The notes under the pieces are model-generated. The model saw only the letters and a list, made by a program, of their open reading frames with translations, made no database searches and was not told where the DNA came from. DNA of 62,848 bases, filler included, from Choristocarpus tenellus KU-1152 (lineage: Eukaryota > Protista > Phaeophyceae), in the NCBI GenBank assembly GCA_964200185.2. It is 12 parts of 12 records of this genome, joined end to end, with 100 filler letters (N's around TTAATTAATTAA, not from the genome) between each part and the next. Parts side by side here need not be neighbours in the genome. Positions count along the whole stretch, not along the records: positions 36,742 to 40,509 come from CAXNAD020018038.1; positions 40,610 to 43,172 come from CAXNAD020026753.1; positions 43,273 to 45,783 come from CAXNAD020027193.1; positions 45,884 to 53,211 come from CAXNAD020006327.1; 8 more parts are not named here. The stretch is one strand, 5' to 3'. Both the position numbers and the translations under genes were made by a program. This document shows, one piece after another, positions 37,455 to 50,293 of the stretch. Within the stretch, counting starts at the first letter, position 1. Every line of letters begins with the position of its first letter.

Positions 37455-40321
37455 CCCCCAGCAAACACAACAACAATGCGGACAACTCTACCTATAACCC
37501 TAACCCTAACTCTACATACGAGAAGCAACAAATCAGGCCTCGTATCTTCCTCTAGACACAACACGCAGCCTGCCTCCTTCACCGAATCTCAACGAAACAA
37601 AGTTGCAAGAGATCTTACCATGTTCATTCTTGAATCATGTACCATTTTGTGGAAACCAGGTGAAGCACAAACAAAGCATTTCGAAAGGTAACAGGGCAAC
37701 AACTAGTTACCTCTATTTCGAAAGGTAATGGGGAACACTCAACAACAAAAGTAGGTGCTGCTCTTCTTCTGTGGCATCACAAACAACAAAAAATAAGTTT
37801 GGTCTAGTCACAAACAAACACCCTCTACTTCCTCCACCGCAACAGAAACATTAATGATACTCACAGGAATGTTGCATCATCAATCCTGAGAGGCGGTCGT
37901 GTACCTCCTGGAGCATTAAGTGCATTACAATAGATAGGAATAGGTGGTGGGTTAACTCTCCCTTTCTATGGAGGAAGCAATAGGTAATGTGCATGGAGTG
38001 ACGGGGTGAAGTAAGTTGAACTTCATCTACAGTGACATGGTTTGATCTCGGAAAACGACAGTGAATCAAAGGGTGGGCACAACCTGAAAGTGGCGAAACG
38101 AACGGTTGGGGTTGTGTGCTACTATTACTGTGCTGCACGGTTTTGATTTATCATGTTGTCCTCAACCATAACCACACCTGAACGAAACCTCTTCTTCAGA
38201 TAACAGGGCATGCAGCAAACGTATATTCTCAAGCACATTAAGATATGGATGCTTCTTTTGCGACTTACTGACGGAGCTATAGGGTGGGGAACCAGTAGTA
38301 CCGAAGAGTATATAGACCTATACGAAGAAGATTTGACGTGTAACGTGGTTTTATCCAAATCCCTGCATTCCGCAACGGCACCAGGACCTTGTATTTCGTC
38401 AACCACACCATCTCGCCGTTCCCACATGCATTCATCATTATTGGTGGTGAAACAGTCATATCCACACTTTTAATTGGTAGTACCAGGCTGTTCAAGGTCT
38501 TAGGCCGATTCAACAATCAACAATAACGTGACACTGTACGCATTCTGAGCTTCCTTTTTAGAATGTAGAGTTGACACTGTCGACTATACAACAAAACAAT
38601 ACCAAGTATTAATGGTAACAATAGTACAAGTACCACCTGATACCTAACAACAATGGGTCATCTTCACAATTTGAACTTCATCGGTCCATCACATCTACCC
38701 ATCTCGTGAACGTGGAATAACTCTGTAACGTTTCGAGGTTGGATACAGTGGGCAGGCTTCACTACTGCGTGCGCCGACCTTATCGCTGCCAGTACTCGCC
38801 TCTGTAGAGTGGGCATTCCTTGTGTGTCAGCATCAGCTCGGCCTCTCCCACTGCAACAGCATAGTAGTGGGCTAGCGAAGTCCACGGTCTCCAACCTCGA
38901 AGAATCCGCATCAATGCAACATGACTGACCAAAGCCCACTCCACTCTACACATCGAAACCTAAACTCACCAATCCAGCCTCTTTGGGGGTACCTGAGCGA
39001 AGCCCCCCTACCCACTCTATCCAACCCACCTTCCGACCCAATTACATTCATTTTAGCCCATCAAGGAGATTGCAATCATTCTGATACCAACAGAGCCTTT
39101 GCAAGACCTCGGGGCACATGTCCGACAGTAAGAGCCTCCCTCTTGGGCTTCGTAGGTAGACCAATACCCCAACAATATAGTTCAAGGTTTTGCATCAACT
39201 CACGTTTCAAACACGCCTTCTGGTATAGTGTGTTTGAATAGTCTCTTCCAATAGTAACGTCGTTTTAACCGTCACCACACCTCCATTCTCTATAGAACCA
39301 GATACACGAAGTTATCAGGACGACGAGGGGCACCACAGGATAATACGGAGAAGAATCGGATTACGAATTGTAATTTTTACTCCTACCTACTCTCGTTCGC
39401 CATCAATTAACCTCGTGCACTACCCCAGGTGAACCTACTGTGCCTTAAAGCTTGTGTTATCCCAAACGAAACTCATAAACGTTTTCAACATGGGAGAGGG
39501 GAAACTTTATCCTTGCACTATAGATGCAGATCCCTCCCCTTTCTCCTTGGAAGCACGACTGAGACTATCCCCCATCACCCGTGAGTCGAAATGGTTGAAA
39601 CTGTCTACTGGAGTTCCAACCCGGTTCATCCACCTGGATGTGGACTTTGTTGATCTTTCAAACATATATAATGTTACCTCAAGTGCAACTGGATCGGTGA
39701 AATGTGGTTCAATTGTGCCGCAGTTTGAACTGGAGGAGGGTGTAGTGGAAAGAAAAGCCTGAGTTGTGCATCCAGATCACAAATTTCACCACTTGAAGAA
39801 GTAGGCACGTAGATGATATCCGTTAACGAGGAAGTATGTGAAGATATGTAAGAATATCACCTTGCCCCACAATGATTAGACGCAACCTTGTTCGAAGCGG
39901 AAAGTGACGTTGGACTACGATCGCGCTGTAAACGGCAAAGGGAGTAAACCGTGCGTGGATGACTCAACATTACTACACTCACGGAATCTCCGCCGTGGAG
40001 GCTAAACGGGTGCTGGTATACTTCAACTCCGCTGTAAACTTTTAATTTATATATATGTGCCCTACTCCATTCCGTATGGAGGACATTTCCTCGAGTTGCT
40101 TCGACTTCAGGTCACGTTTTGGGGTAGGAGCCATCAAATGTTTTAGCCACCATCCCTCCCATGACCCCCTCTTTTGCCCACCTCTTGATCGCAGCATTAC
40201 AAGTCCTTAAAACTTGCATCGAGCCCAATTCAACTTCAACATGGATCATATCAAGGAGCTTCAACCAGGCAAAGAGGTATGTTGATGGAAGGGTAGTAGA
40301 TGTGAGGGTTCCTGAATGAAA

Positions 40322-40497
40322 GGCTCAAAGTATCTGGGGGGGGGAGGCGGCTGTCAATTTGGGGCCAAATTCTTCATTACGCAATTTTTGGGTAATTTAG
40401 TTCCATATGTTGGATGGATAATGAAAGCGAACTTTTCCTGGTTTTGGTCCAAATGGACACTCTGGTGTAGACCCCCCCCCCCCAGAAAATTTGGGTC
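40322..40497. mobile_element. MITE family 1 copy (full length)
   Basis: GGCTCAAAGTATCTG(G)n ... (C)nAGAAAATTTGGGTC. Confidence 0.88.
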
Positions 40498-41406
40498 AGC
40501 CATTAGCGTNNNNNNNNNNNNNNNNNNNNNNNNNNNNNNNNNNNNNNNNNNNNTTAATTAATTAANNNNNNNNNNNNNNNNNNNNNNNNNNNNNNNNNNN
40601 NNNNNNNNNGGGGGGGGGGTGTTGGTTGTTTTGTAAGTTGAATCCGGTTGGTGGGTGTTCTTCGAGCCCATTTGATTGTTTTGACACTTGCTCTTTGACA
40701 GGGTTCGTTGCGGGGGAGTGTTCGGCTTTGAGTTTTCTAGGGTTAGGGTGTGAGAGCAATGAAACGGCTCTATTTAGCCATGGAAGAACGAAGCTTGAAA
40801 CTATGAACTTGATCGATGAAATAATTAGATGGGAACCCCCAAGTTTTATCAATGAATTGCTTGATTTTTGTTGTTGTTATTGTTGTTGTTGTTGTTGTTG
40901 AGACTCTTGTGAAGAGTGGGGCTGTCTGATGATACCACACCGCCCATTGCTGTACCACCCATGACCATACTGTTTGAGGACTTTCAAGAACCCTGGTTTA
41001 ACAGTGGAGTGTCTTCGGATTGACAGGTTTCCTTGTGTTCTTCTATGTGTCCCTTTCCCCTCTCTCCTTGTCCGCTCAGTTGTGGTTAGTCCTGGTTTGT
41101 CTGGTCCTTTTCTTGTGGGTTACTTCTTTAGTAACCCCTTTGTCTGAGTGAACCATGTCCCCAACGACCGAATCGCTTCTTTCAAACTCGTGATTGCGAT
41201 GTGCTGAGTAATACTCTGAACGGGTTCTTCAATACATATTCGCCTTGTGCGAAGTGGTTGCATGCAATGCTTTTTTTCATCAATATCAGTTTTTTTTTCG
41301 TGAGGGATCTGCCAATATGTGCTCTGAATAATCTCACAGAGATTGATTGCGTTACATTTGGCACCATCAACCAACCCTATCAAGACGTGGTTCCCTACCA
41401 GGCATA

Positions 41407-41592
41407 GGTTCAAAGTATCTGGGGGGAGGGGGGCGGCGCCTGTCCATTTGGATTCAATTTTTTTCATGTCGCGATTTTTGTGTGATGTGGTTGCATACGT
41501 TGGATGGGTAATGTAAGTGCACTTTTACTGGTCATGGCCCAAATGGACACCCTGGTGTAGACCCCCTCCCCCCCCCTCAGATACTTTGGGTC
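41407..41592. mobile_element. MITE family 1 copy (full length)
   Basis: GGTTCAAAGTATCTGGGG ... CAGATACTTTGGGTC with the internal inverted repeat and core. Confidence 0.9.
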
Positions 41593-42268
41593 ATGGGCTA
41601 AGTCTGTGTAACGAGATTTTTGTTGACAGTTGAGCAGTAAGTCCGCACAGAACAGTGAAGAGTCATCAGACTCCGCTTTAGTTGTAGCAGGACTAGCAGG
41701 CGTGTTTTGCAGTATTGCTTGTTCTTTCATGCTGTGGTTTGGTACGAGATTTGATCAGTTCCTCAGGTCAGGAGTTTGTTCTGTCTCGACTTGCTATCAT
41801 CAGTCATCAGTCTTGACAACTAGGCTCTGTTTGAAATTTCTGGTTAAGCTGTGGACTGCATCTTCAAGTTCTTCTGGATTTGACGAAAATAGCAACCTCT
41901 AGTGAATGTACACACGGGATCTGCTAGTTAAGATGCCTTGGTACCCCCCCCCCCCCCCCCCCCCCACCCCGCGAANNNNNNNNNNCCCCCCCGATCGAAC
42001 GCGGTAAATTTTTGAGAGCGTTTTAATTTAATTTTAATTTAATTTATTTTTTAAATGGAAAGCTCGATGCGATTCTCCTCTAACTCTTCCAAATAAATAG
42101 AAAAGTTTTGTCTGTTGGCAGAGTACGAACTGTTTTTGTTAGGGGGGGGGGATTGATCAGAAATCGGCGTCATCTGGCCGAGATCACAAGCTTCTTTTTT
42201 TGTTTTGTTTTGTTTATGACCCCCCCCCGCACGTGGTTGAGATTTCCTATTGGACTCATCCCGATTCA

Positions 42269-42350
42269 GTATTTGCTGACTAAGTATGATATTTGCTGAC
42301 TAAGTATGGTATTCGCATGACTAAGTATGGTATTCGCTGACTAAGTATGG
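42269..42350. repeat. 20-21 bp tandem repeat x4 (GTATT[TC]GCTGACTAAGTATG)
   Basis: Directly visible. Confidence 0.9.
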
Positions 42351-42661
42351 AGAGAGTGTGAGCAACCGCCACAATACTAGACAATGCTATTCCATGGTTT
42401 CTCTGGTCCGTTGTCCTGTTCCAGATCAGGCATGTAAGGAATGAGTGACTCCACTCTTGCCTGTAAGCATTTGGGGCTGGGGCTGTCGGCAGTTCCGCAG
42501 TGTGTGATGATTCATGAGGGACTGTCATACTACTACTACAATGTTTTGTTCGTTCAAAACGGGTCAGGGTCGAAAGCATGTTTATCGAGCACTGCTGAAG
42601 CGGTCGATCCTGTTCGTAACCCTTGATCTCCTGGTATTTTTTTTCATGGCCTGATGTCTCT

Positions 42662-42784
42662 GAGTGAAATTACGTTAAGAGGGTATGAGATTTGCCCTGT
42701 TTGTCCATTTGGGGCTTGGCTTCCCATGTTTTTTTTTTTTAAATTACATTTTTTCTACTCCAAAATGTTTCTCGAGAGTAGGTA

Positions 42785-42815
<31 letters not shown>

Positions 42816-42952
42816 TTGAAAAGTTGTGTCCGGAACAAGGATATACTGACACTCCCCTAACAAATACGATAGCCAAAATTACATCAAAATCACAAAATTG
42901 GATTTTGGCCCCCAAATGGACGCCGACTCTAATCTCTAAGATACTTTGGCTC
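42662..42952. mobile_element. MITE family 2 copy (reverse orientation, internal (TA)n expansion)
   Basis: Reverse complement of 33507-33764, flanked by TCT on both sides. Confidence 0.85.
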
Positions 42953-43302
42953 TCTATCGGAGCATGTTTCTTTTGGCGTGAGTTGAGTCACAGGTTTTGT
43001 GTTGGTAAACTTTGATACTGTGCGTATCCGCTTTGTTGGCTCCATCCCTAACCCTAACCAGTTGTTGGAATATATTGTGCTGCTGTTCAGAGAGAGGGAG
43101 GGGGGGGGGGGGGGGGGGAGGGGGGAGGGAGGGAGAGGGGGAGGGAGAGAGGGAGAGAGGGGACTTCACAAANNNNNNNNNNNNNNNNNNNNNNNNNNNN
43201 NNNNNNNNNNNNNNNNTTAATTAATTAANNNNNNNNNNNNNNNNNNNNNNNNNNNNNNNNNNNNNNNNNNNNAATAAAGAAGAAGGGGGGGGCTTTGGGA
43301 GT

Positions 43303-43352
<50 letters not shown>

Positions 43353-44639
43353 GAACTCAAACGGCACGTCATCCTGCACAACTAATTACCAACAAAAAAC
43401 CTAAATACAAATCAAATGCCATGTATATACATGAAGTACCTACTACCCTTCAACTCCAACCATCTACAAAGAGTCAAAACGAGTCCCATTTCAAGCCAAT
43501 ATACCAAGATAACCTCCAAAATACCATTACATCCTCCACAGCCATTACCCAAGGTGATTCAAACATTTCACAACAAAGTGCAGTTCCCACGCTTGTGACT
43601 TCTGGAACAGGCAAAGAACGGTACAAACTCTTCATCAAAGGGAAATACTACAATTAACACCAACAGTAGTAGTAGCGGTATGCACCACTTACCCACTTGC
43701 GTGAGTACAAGACTATTAACCTCACCAGCGCACTACCCTCTTCACCCCAAAGAGACAAAATTAAAAATTAAAGTTCTGGTTCAATTTGGGGGCTTCGCAT
43801 AACTGAAAACAAAAACGATAAAAGGACTAAGGATACATAATATCGACCAATCAAATCATACAGTTATCACCACCACCCCACCCCCCCTCCCCCCCCCACC
43901 CCCAGCATTCATTCAACCGTAATCTCAGACTTCTCAATCAAACTCAACACCCTGTCAAGCACTTGTGCCTGCTCACATCCCTAACCCCAAACTCAGTACA
44001 TACAACTGCTGGGAGGGTGGACAATACCACACCAGTGCACCTCATTGTTCATAAAAGTTTCTAAACATTAACACGAAGGGGGGNNNNNNNNNNGGGGGGG
44101 GGGAAACAACCCCCCCCAGTCCCCTTAATTTTTAAAAAAATTTTCAAAAAATAAACAGGGGGGGGGGGGGGGGGGGGGGGGAGGGAGAGCATTTTCTACC
44201 CGCCTTACAATAAATAAAATAAAAAGATATACAACGCTCTCCTCCAAAAAGCCTTACAATATATTGTTACACATATATATACATACATATACATTTTGTT
44301 GCTTGCCCCCCCAATCCGGTTCAAAACTACGCTATACTATACCATCACACCGTGCACAGAAACATTGGCAGGCGTATGCAAATGTATATAATAATTATAA
44401 GTAATAATAACACAATGCACAGAATATCAGTACAAACAAACCCCTCACTGACCAGTAAGAGCCTCATTTCCCAAGCAAAAAGTGTCCTGATTGGTACACA
44501 CAAAACAAGCTAACCTATGAGTGGTGGAGTCCGGGTGCAGGTGCAAGAACAGGAACAGTCCCAGCTGAGATACAGGCAGCTCCATCTCCTGAACCTTCTC
44601 CCTCTCAGCCGAGGACACCCAGTCCCCCTGGGGACTCAC

Positions 44640-44776
44640 CATTCCAGTCCTTTCAAGGCCATCATAAACATAACCCAACACAGACATGCAGGTGGGCACG
44701 TAGGCAGCGGAGGGGCAAAGATAGCCAGGCAATGTCACACCAAAATCGAGCATAGGCAATAAATATAAATATCCAC
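44640..44776 (-). CDS. Isolated internal exon of an unidentified gene
   Basis: TTACAG acceptor and GTGAGT donor. Only one frame is open: GGYLYLLPMLDFGVTLPGYLCPSAAYVPTCMSVLGYVYDGLERTGM. No partner exon found on the contig. Confidence 0.45.
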
Positions 44777-47262
44777 CTGTAACGCCAAAAAAGTTCAAGA
44801 CTACCTACACAAGACTACCTACAAAAGCATTCCAAAGCAACTCTTCTACAAAACAAACATCATCGACCCATGGTGTACCCTCTCCATGGACGAAGGGGGT
44901 TGGCTAGGAGGAACTCAAAGAAAAAAATATATCCATGGTTCATTTTCTCTATTCATGTCCAGCAACTACATCTAGTTTGTTCAAGCATGAAGACCCAAGA
45001 CTTCTAACCAGCACCACTCTCCACAGTGCACAAACCCCGCACGCCTTCCACACACACCACAAGCTCACTCCAGTCCATTCCCTTTTTTAGAAATTACACA
45101 CATATGACGCACCCACACACCAACACACGGATGTAAGTAATAATAGAGTCCTTCGACAAGCCTCCTCAAACAACGAGCTCTTGTGGCTTCTTCCCCCCTC
45201 CACACCCTGTTATGTTCAACTACTGGCAGTAATCCAGACTGTAAATAGTTTGTTCAAAGTATGGGGGTCCCGAAATAGGGCAAGATCAAGTGCTAGAAGG
45301 GTATAGTGTCGTAAGTTTGTCATTGAGAGAAGTGTTGCGGGTTTGGTACTAAATAGATGGAGGGAACCGCAAGGATGTAAGAAACGTTTGGAAAATGCTG
45401 AATTTTCACCTGTTGAAGTGTCATTTGACTATGACAGTATAGGCTTGTGCTCCCGGTGGATGCCCAGACAGCTTCAGTTCTATTTTGGGTTGTCCTGAGA
45501 TTTTAAACCAGGCTGAAGTTTCTTGTTGAGCAAGCACGGCACCTGTTCGGTAGTTTTGAAACCTTTTGATTGCACGCCTCCTTTCATTGCAACTCCAGTT
45601 AAACCATGAGAATAAAAGAAGCCTTTGCTATCTCAATGGTCTTGTTGATTTCTTCCAATTAGTCGACGGTATTGTTTAAGTACACCACCACACCAGAAGT
45701 CTCTGGCTTCACGGCAGCGGGGTGTGGCGCATATATTTTTTTCGAGAAGGGCGGGACTTCAGTCCGTGTCTCTGGAACCCCCCNNNNNNNNNNNNNNNNN
45801 NNNNNNNNNNNNNNNNNNNNNNNNNNNTTAATTAATTAANNNNNNNNNNNNNNNNNNNNNNNNNNNNNNNNNNNNNNNNNNNNCCTGGTGTAGACCCCCC
45901 CCCCATCCCAGATACTTTGGGTCCCTGCATAAATCAGACTTGCAAGATCTCAGTAGCTTGCTATTCATGGCTGATGGGTTCCAACAATGTATTTGCGATG
46001 TTAGGGTCAAACCCTCCGTCAAATCCTCAAAAAGATATGATTCAAATGGGGTCACAGATAGGTGGCAAGACCCGAAAAGCATATTGTTGCAGTGGTGTGG
46101 TCCATCCTGGTTTGGACAGGAAAGCAGGGTAGCACTATATGGAACATGATCAAGATGCACATTGGTAAATAAGCAAGAAGTGAGGTGATTTGGGGAATAT
46201 AACCAAGGTCTGGAGTGTAGACTGTGAGAAGTTAGCAATCTGATATTGCATTCAAAGAAATTAACTTTGAATCCTGAGCATGTATGCGCGTCGTGACTCA
46301 GACCTATGTTGACCTGGACCTGCAGGCACATGCGCTAGTGTTCTACACTCACCTTCCAAATATCTATGTTGCTGAGTGTAAAGCAAAATTATGGACAGTA
46401 CATTAGACCTTTCAAAGGATTGCAGCGTGATATTTCATCAACAGGTAGTTATTGAACCATTGTGATATTGAGGGAAAGGGTGAACCATGTGATGGAGGGA
46501 GTCAAGAATGTAATACTGCTTTGTGGATGCATGTCGGGGAATCTACTGATGGGCTAAAACCTTCTCCCGCTATTTAATCTTTCAAAGAGAGGAAGGCCTG
46601 AACTTGTGGACTGCAACAGATTGTGCACCCTCATGTAGAAGATTAACTCAAATTATTAATGTTTTTCAATGCACTCACAGAAACGGCGTATCCTCACAAA
46701 AATATCATAACTGCCTTTTTCTTTCCCTTTATCATATACTGAGATACTCCTGTCTCACTAAGGCACTACAACAGTCCAATCTTGACACTCGCCTGGTCCT
46801 GCTCCCAATTGGTGCTGAAGTTGCAGTCTAAAATGTTTATCTACATTTTCACCACTCATCTGTGTCGACAAACACTTGACTGAAGGCTCCATGGGATGGA
46901 TACACCCTTATTTCGTGTTGCCTCAAGATACAGGGATGGATATCAACTTCCGCCACACAAGGATATGAGAAAAGAGAGGGCAAGAATCTGAGTGTACACG
47001 CTCGTGTGCCTTTTTAATACACTAATATACTATTGCTCAAATATACACAACAAATCAGAAAAAAAGATCCCAAGAGTGCCCTCCTTAACCATAACGAAAT
47101 AAAATAATTCTGCTCTCTACTCATACTGTAGTGCACCGTGAAGAACGGCAACAATAAACATGCAGATGCAATATGTGCTGCCATGAACTTCTTCAAGTGG
47201 TGAGTAAAACCAAATTAGAAAGTACGGGGACATCACTGTATGATACACCACTTTCCACAAAA

Positions 47263-49593
47263 TCATCCCCCCCCCTTCCTTGCTTGCTGTATTTCAAACT
47301 TTGAGTAGCCATCAAATTCACCACCTACTCCCCTCCCTTCACTGGGGTGCTTTCCACACCTCCTCTTTACACGAGAGCATGCAATGAGCACTGAGTTGTA
47401 GCTCTCCAATGAAGGCCGCATGCCCAGACTGTGCATCTCTGACAGAAGAGCTAACCCCTGCGCCCACTGGCAGTATTCCTGGCAAGCAGAAAGGGCAGTA
47501 TTGAATGTAACCTCATTTGGCTTCACTCCATCCATTCTCATTTTATCCAGCAACTCCATTGTTGTACACCACTGCTGAGCATTGTTGCATGCCTTCATCG
47601 CTGCTGTGTAACTTATTACGTTCGGAGCAGCCTCACCCCCTGCTGCCCTCATCTCCTCCAGAAGCTCCAATGCTGCTTTCCACCGTGTCTCACTCCCCTT
47701 GCCACTTCCCTCCTCTGATCCTCTACCAGCTTCCTGATCCCCCAATGACTTGTCAATTTCAGACACCATGACAAAATGCGCACAGGCATTGATTGCAGAG
47801 TTATAATAGGCTGTGAGGAGTGGAGTACCTGCTGCTCGCATCCGCACTAACAGGGAAAGTGCTGGTTCCCACTGGCCTGCATTGCCACAGGCATCAATAA
47901 CTGCGGTAAAGGTTGCAGGATCAGCTTCAATCCCAGCCTCTCGCATCTCACTAAGCAGGCCAAGAGCATCCTCCCACCTGGCAGCAGTGCTGCAAGCGGC
48001 AATGGCCGTGTTGAAACTGATAAGATTTGGCCTGACCCCAGCAGACCGCATCCGCCTCAGCACAGATATTGTTTCCTCTGATTGTCCCGCATCCCCACAG
48101 GCCTTCATGACTGCAGTGTAGCTAATAACGCTTGGCGGGTTTTTGGTACCACCAAGAGTCTCAATTTCGGTCAGGAGAGACAGTGCCTCCTGCCACCAAC
48201 CTGCACCCCCATATGCGATGATGGCTGATACAAGGACCACCTCATTGATGCCTGCTTTTTCAGCCCGGGCTTGTGACAGGAGGGAAGCAGCCTTGAACCA
48301 GCTTCCAGCAGCCCCACAGGCCCTTATTGCAGATGAATAGGTGAACTCATCAGTGCGGATGCCCTTATTGCGCATGGTGTCAAGCAACAAGAGGGCTGAA
48401 TTGCACTCACCTGCCCCGGCACAGGCATTTATTGCGGTGTTGAATGTTCTGGTGTTAGGCTTGATGCCCTCACCTTCCATACCCTCAACAAGGGCCACAG
48501 CCAGCTGCCACCTACCTGCGTTACCAAGGGCCTTGATCGCTGCGTTGAAGCTGATGGTGTCTGGTCGATCTGATGCACCTTCGGGTTTCGCTCGCATTTT
48601 TTCCAGGAGGGACAAGGAACGCTCCCATTGCCCGGCTTCCCCACAAGCAGTGATGGCTGCATTGAATGTGATGGTGTTGGGACAAATGCCCTGGAAACGG
48701 GCACGGTCAAGCAAGAAGAGCGCGAGCTCCCACTGACCCCCGTCTCCGCAAGCCTTCACTGCCGTATTGAAACTCACAATGTCTGGTAATACCCCGGCCG
48801 CCAGCATGTCATCAAGCAGTGCTACGGCCTTCTGCCACCGACCACCTCGACCGCAGGCAGAGATGACCCTGTTATAACTGCGACTATCAGGAGCCAGGCC
48901 AAAGTTACGCATTTCTTCGAGCACCTGCAAAGCCTCCTTCCATCTCCCACTGCGGGACATGGCACTGATAACACTGTTGTACATTTCTATGCTAGGATAC
49001 TTTCCCTTACTTCTTTGTGTCTCCTTCACCTCCTCCAAAAGAGCCAGTGCCTGGCGCCAGTTCCCCGTTTGACCGTGCAGCTTCACTTTCTTTACGGCAG
49101 TCATATCCACCTTCCTCCTTCGATGACCTGTCCCCTGATCCCTTCCACGTTTGCCCACCATTCTCCAACTTTTTTTAGTTCCTCGCCCTTGATCAAGCTC
49201 CTGCTGTCGTTTAGGCCAGTGTTGTGTTACCGCAGATAGTTCCGAACTCACGCCTGTATGGTGTTCCCCAGAAAGTCCACCTGCGGGGCGGCTTATTACA
49301 CTTTCCTGGATCTTATTCCCATCCCCATCAATTGGTCTATCCCCAACGAAAGAAGTCTCCCATACAGAGGCTGAATCGCATTCACTCAACTGCAACGCAT
49401 GCACAGAAGCTCGACGGGGTCGCGTGATTGTTGTTGACTTTGTGTCTTTCTTCAAGGCCGAAGGAGGCACCATTGTTGAAGTAGCACAGCGGTGACTCAC
49501 CGAACGCAGTCTGGCGCCCAGCGGGTTCATAGCTCCTACTATTGGTGTCATCATCATCCCTGCTGAACCAAACCCTACCATCACGATAAGCAA
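47263..49593 (-). CDS. P-class pentatricopeptide repeat (PPR) protein, ~15 repeats, single uninterrupted ORF
   Basis: 776-codon ORF with tandem 35-aa motifs, e.g. SRSYNRVISACGRGGRWQKAVALLDDMLAAGVLPD. The true start is probably one of the first ATGs. The R/S/T-rich N-terminus suggests organelle targeting. Confidence 0.95.
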   Translation of the reverse strand: MLIVMVGFGSAGMMMTPIVGAMNPLGARLRSVSHRCATSTMVPPSALKKDTKSTTITRPRRASVHALQLSECDSASVWETSFVGDRPIDGDGNKIQESVISRPAGGLSGEHHTGVSSELSAVTQHWPKRQQELDQGRGTKKSWRMVGKRGRDQGTGHRRRKVDMTAVKKVKLHGQTGNWRQALALLEEVKETQRSKGKYPSIEMYNSVISAMSRSGRWKEALQVLEEMRNFGLAPDSRSYNRVISACGRGGRWQKAVALLDDMLAAGVLPDIVSFNTAVKACGDGGQWELALFLLDRARFQGICPNTITFNAAITACGEAGQWERSLSLLEKMRAKPEGASDRPDTISFNAAIKALGNAGRWQLAVALVEGMEGEGIKPNTRTFNTAINACAGAGECNSALLLLDTMRNKGIRTDEFTYSSAIRACGAAGSWFKAASLLSQARAEKAGINEVVLVSAIIAYGGAGWWQEALSLLTEIETLGGTKNPPSVISYTAVMKACGDAGQSEETISVLRRMRSAGVRPNLISFNTAIAACSTAARWEDALGLLSEMREAGIEADPATFTAVIDACGNAGQWEPALSLLVRMRAAGTPLLTAYYNSAINACAHFVMVSEIDKSLGDQEAGRGSEEGSGKGSETRWKAALELLEEMRAAGGEAAPNVISYTAAMKACNNAQQWCTTMELLDKMRMDGVKPNEVTFNTALSACQEYCQWAQGLALLSEMHSLGMRPSLESYNSVLIACSRVKRRCGKHPSEGRGVGGEFDGYSKFEIQQARKGGG

Positions 49594-50293
49594 TTCTTGA
49601 GGGGAGGAACGTAAATGTATTATATTTCCTTACATTATAACGTTATCACTAACCTCCTTTCTCAACACGTTCGACAACTTAACACTTGCACAAGTTAACG
49701 TTTTGCGTTGTGTTAGAAAACACCATCCATCCAATCGACGTTATAGATCAAATCCAAGAACGTTTTCCAGGACAACTCATGACGCCAACCGATCTACTGT
49801 AGTTAATGGATTGGAATTATTGGTAAGGATTTCCTTAGAGAAAGTTATGTTACGAGGTCTTATGATATTAAACATAATAATAATTACATATTAAAACAGT
49901 AGTACAATATTGATAATGGTTTCCACACTACTTACAGTGTTCTATAGTGTTTTCACATTTATGATATTTTATTTCTTTAGGGCTAATAATGACATATAAT
50001 TTTCATTGGTTTTCCCCCTGACACATCTGCAAAATGTCAAGAGGGCATAATAATATGTTAGAGGGCATATTTTACTAAAAATATACATAGGGGAAATGTT
50101 CCCATGCGTTGTACGTCCAAAAAGCTTTGTTCTGGACAACAGATTTCATATAATTTAATGTGTAAGGTAGCATTCCTCAAAACAAGTCGCTATAATTTCT
50201 TGGCCATCTATCTCCCTTACCTACCAAGTAAGATTAATTCCTGTTTGTCCTTTTCTTTATGGCCCACCGTATTCTAAGTAAAGGATTTGGTCG

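Noticed and set aside
37850-40310. Copia or other LTR retrotransposon remnant
   Set aside because: No convincing RT (YVDD), integrase or RNase H motif found. Left as anonymous decayed sequence.
42269-42350. Short direct repeats as a CRISPR-like array
   Set aside because: The units are contiguous with no unique spacers, no cas genes are present and the context is eukaryotic. It is a minisatellite.
43303-43351. Long poly-G runs as G-quadruplex elements (also ~44158 and ~56686-56762)
   Set aside because: They sit at contig or gap edges, where poly-G is a common sequencing and assembly artefact. Lengths are unreliable.
47813-48736. Plus-strand ORFs overlapping the PPR gene
   Set aside because: Antisense shadows of GC-rich PPR codons.
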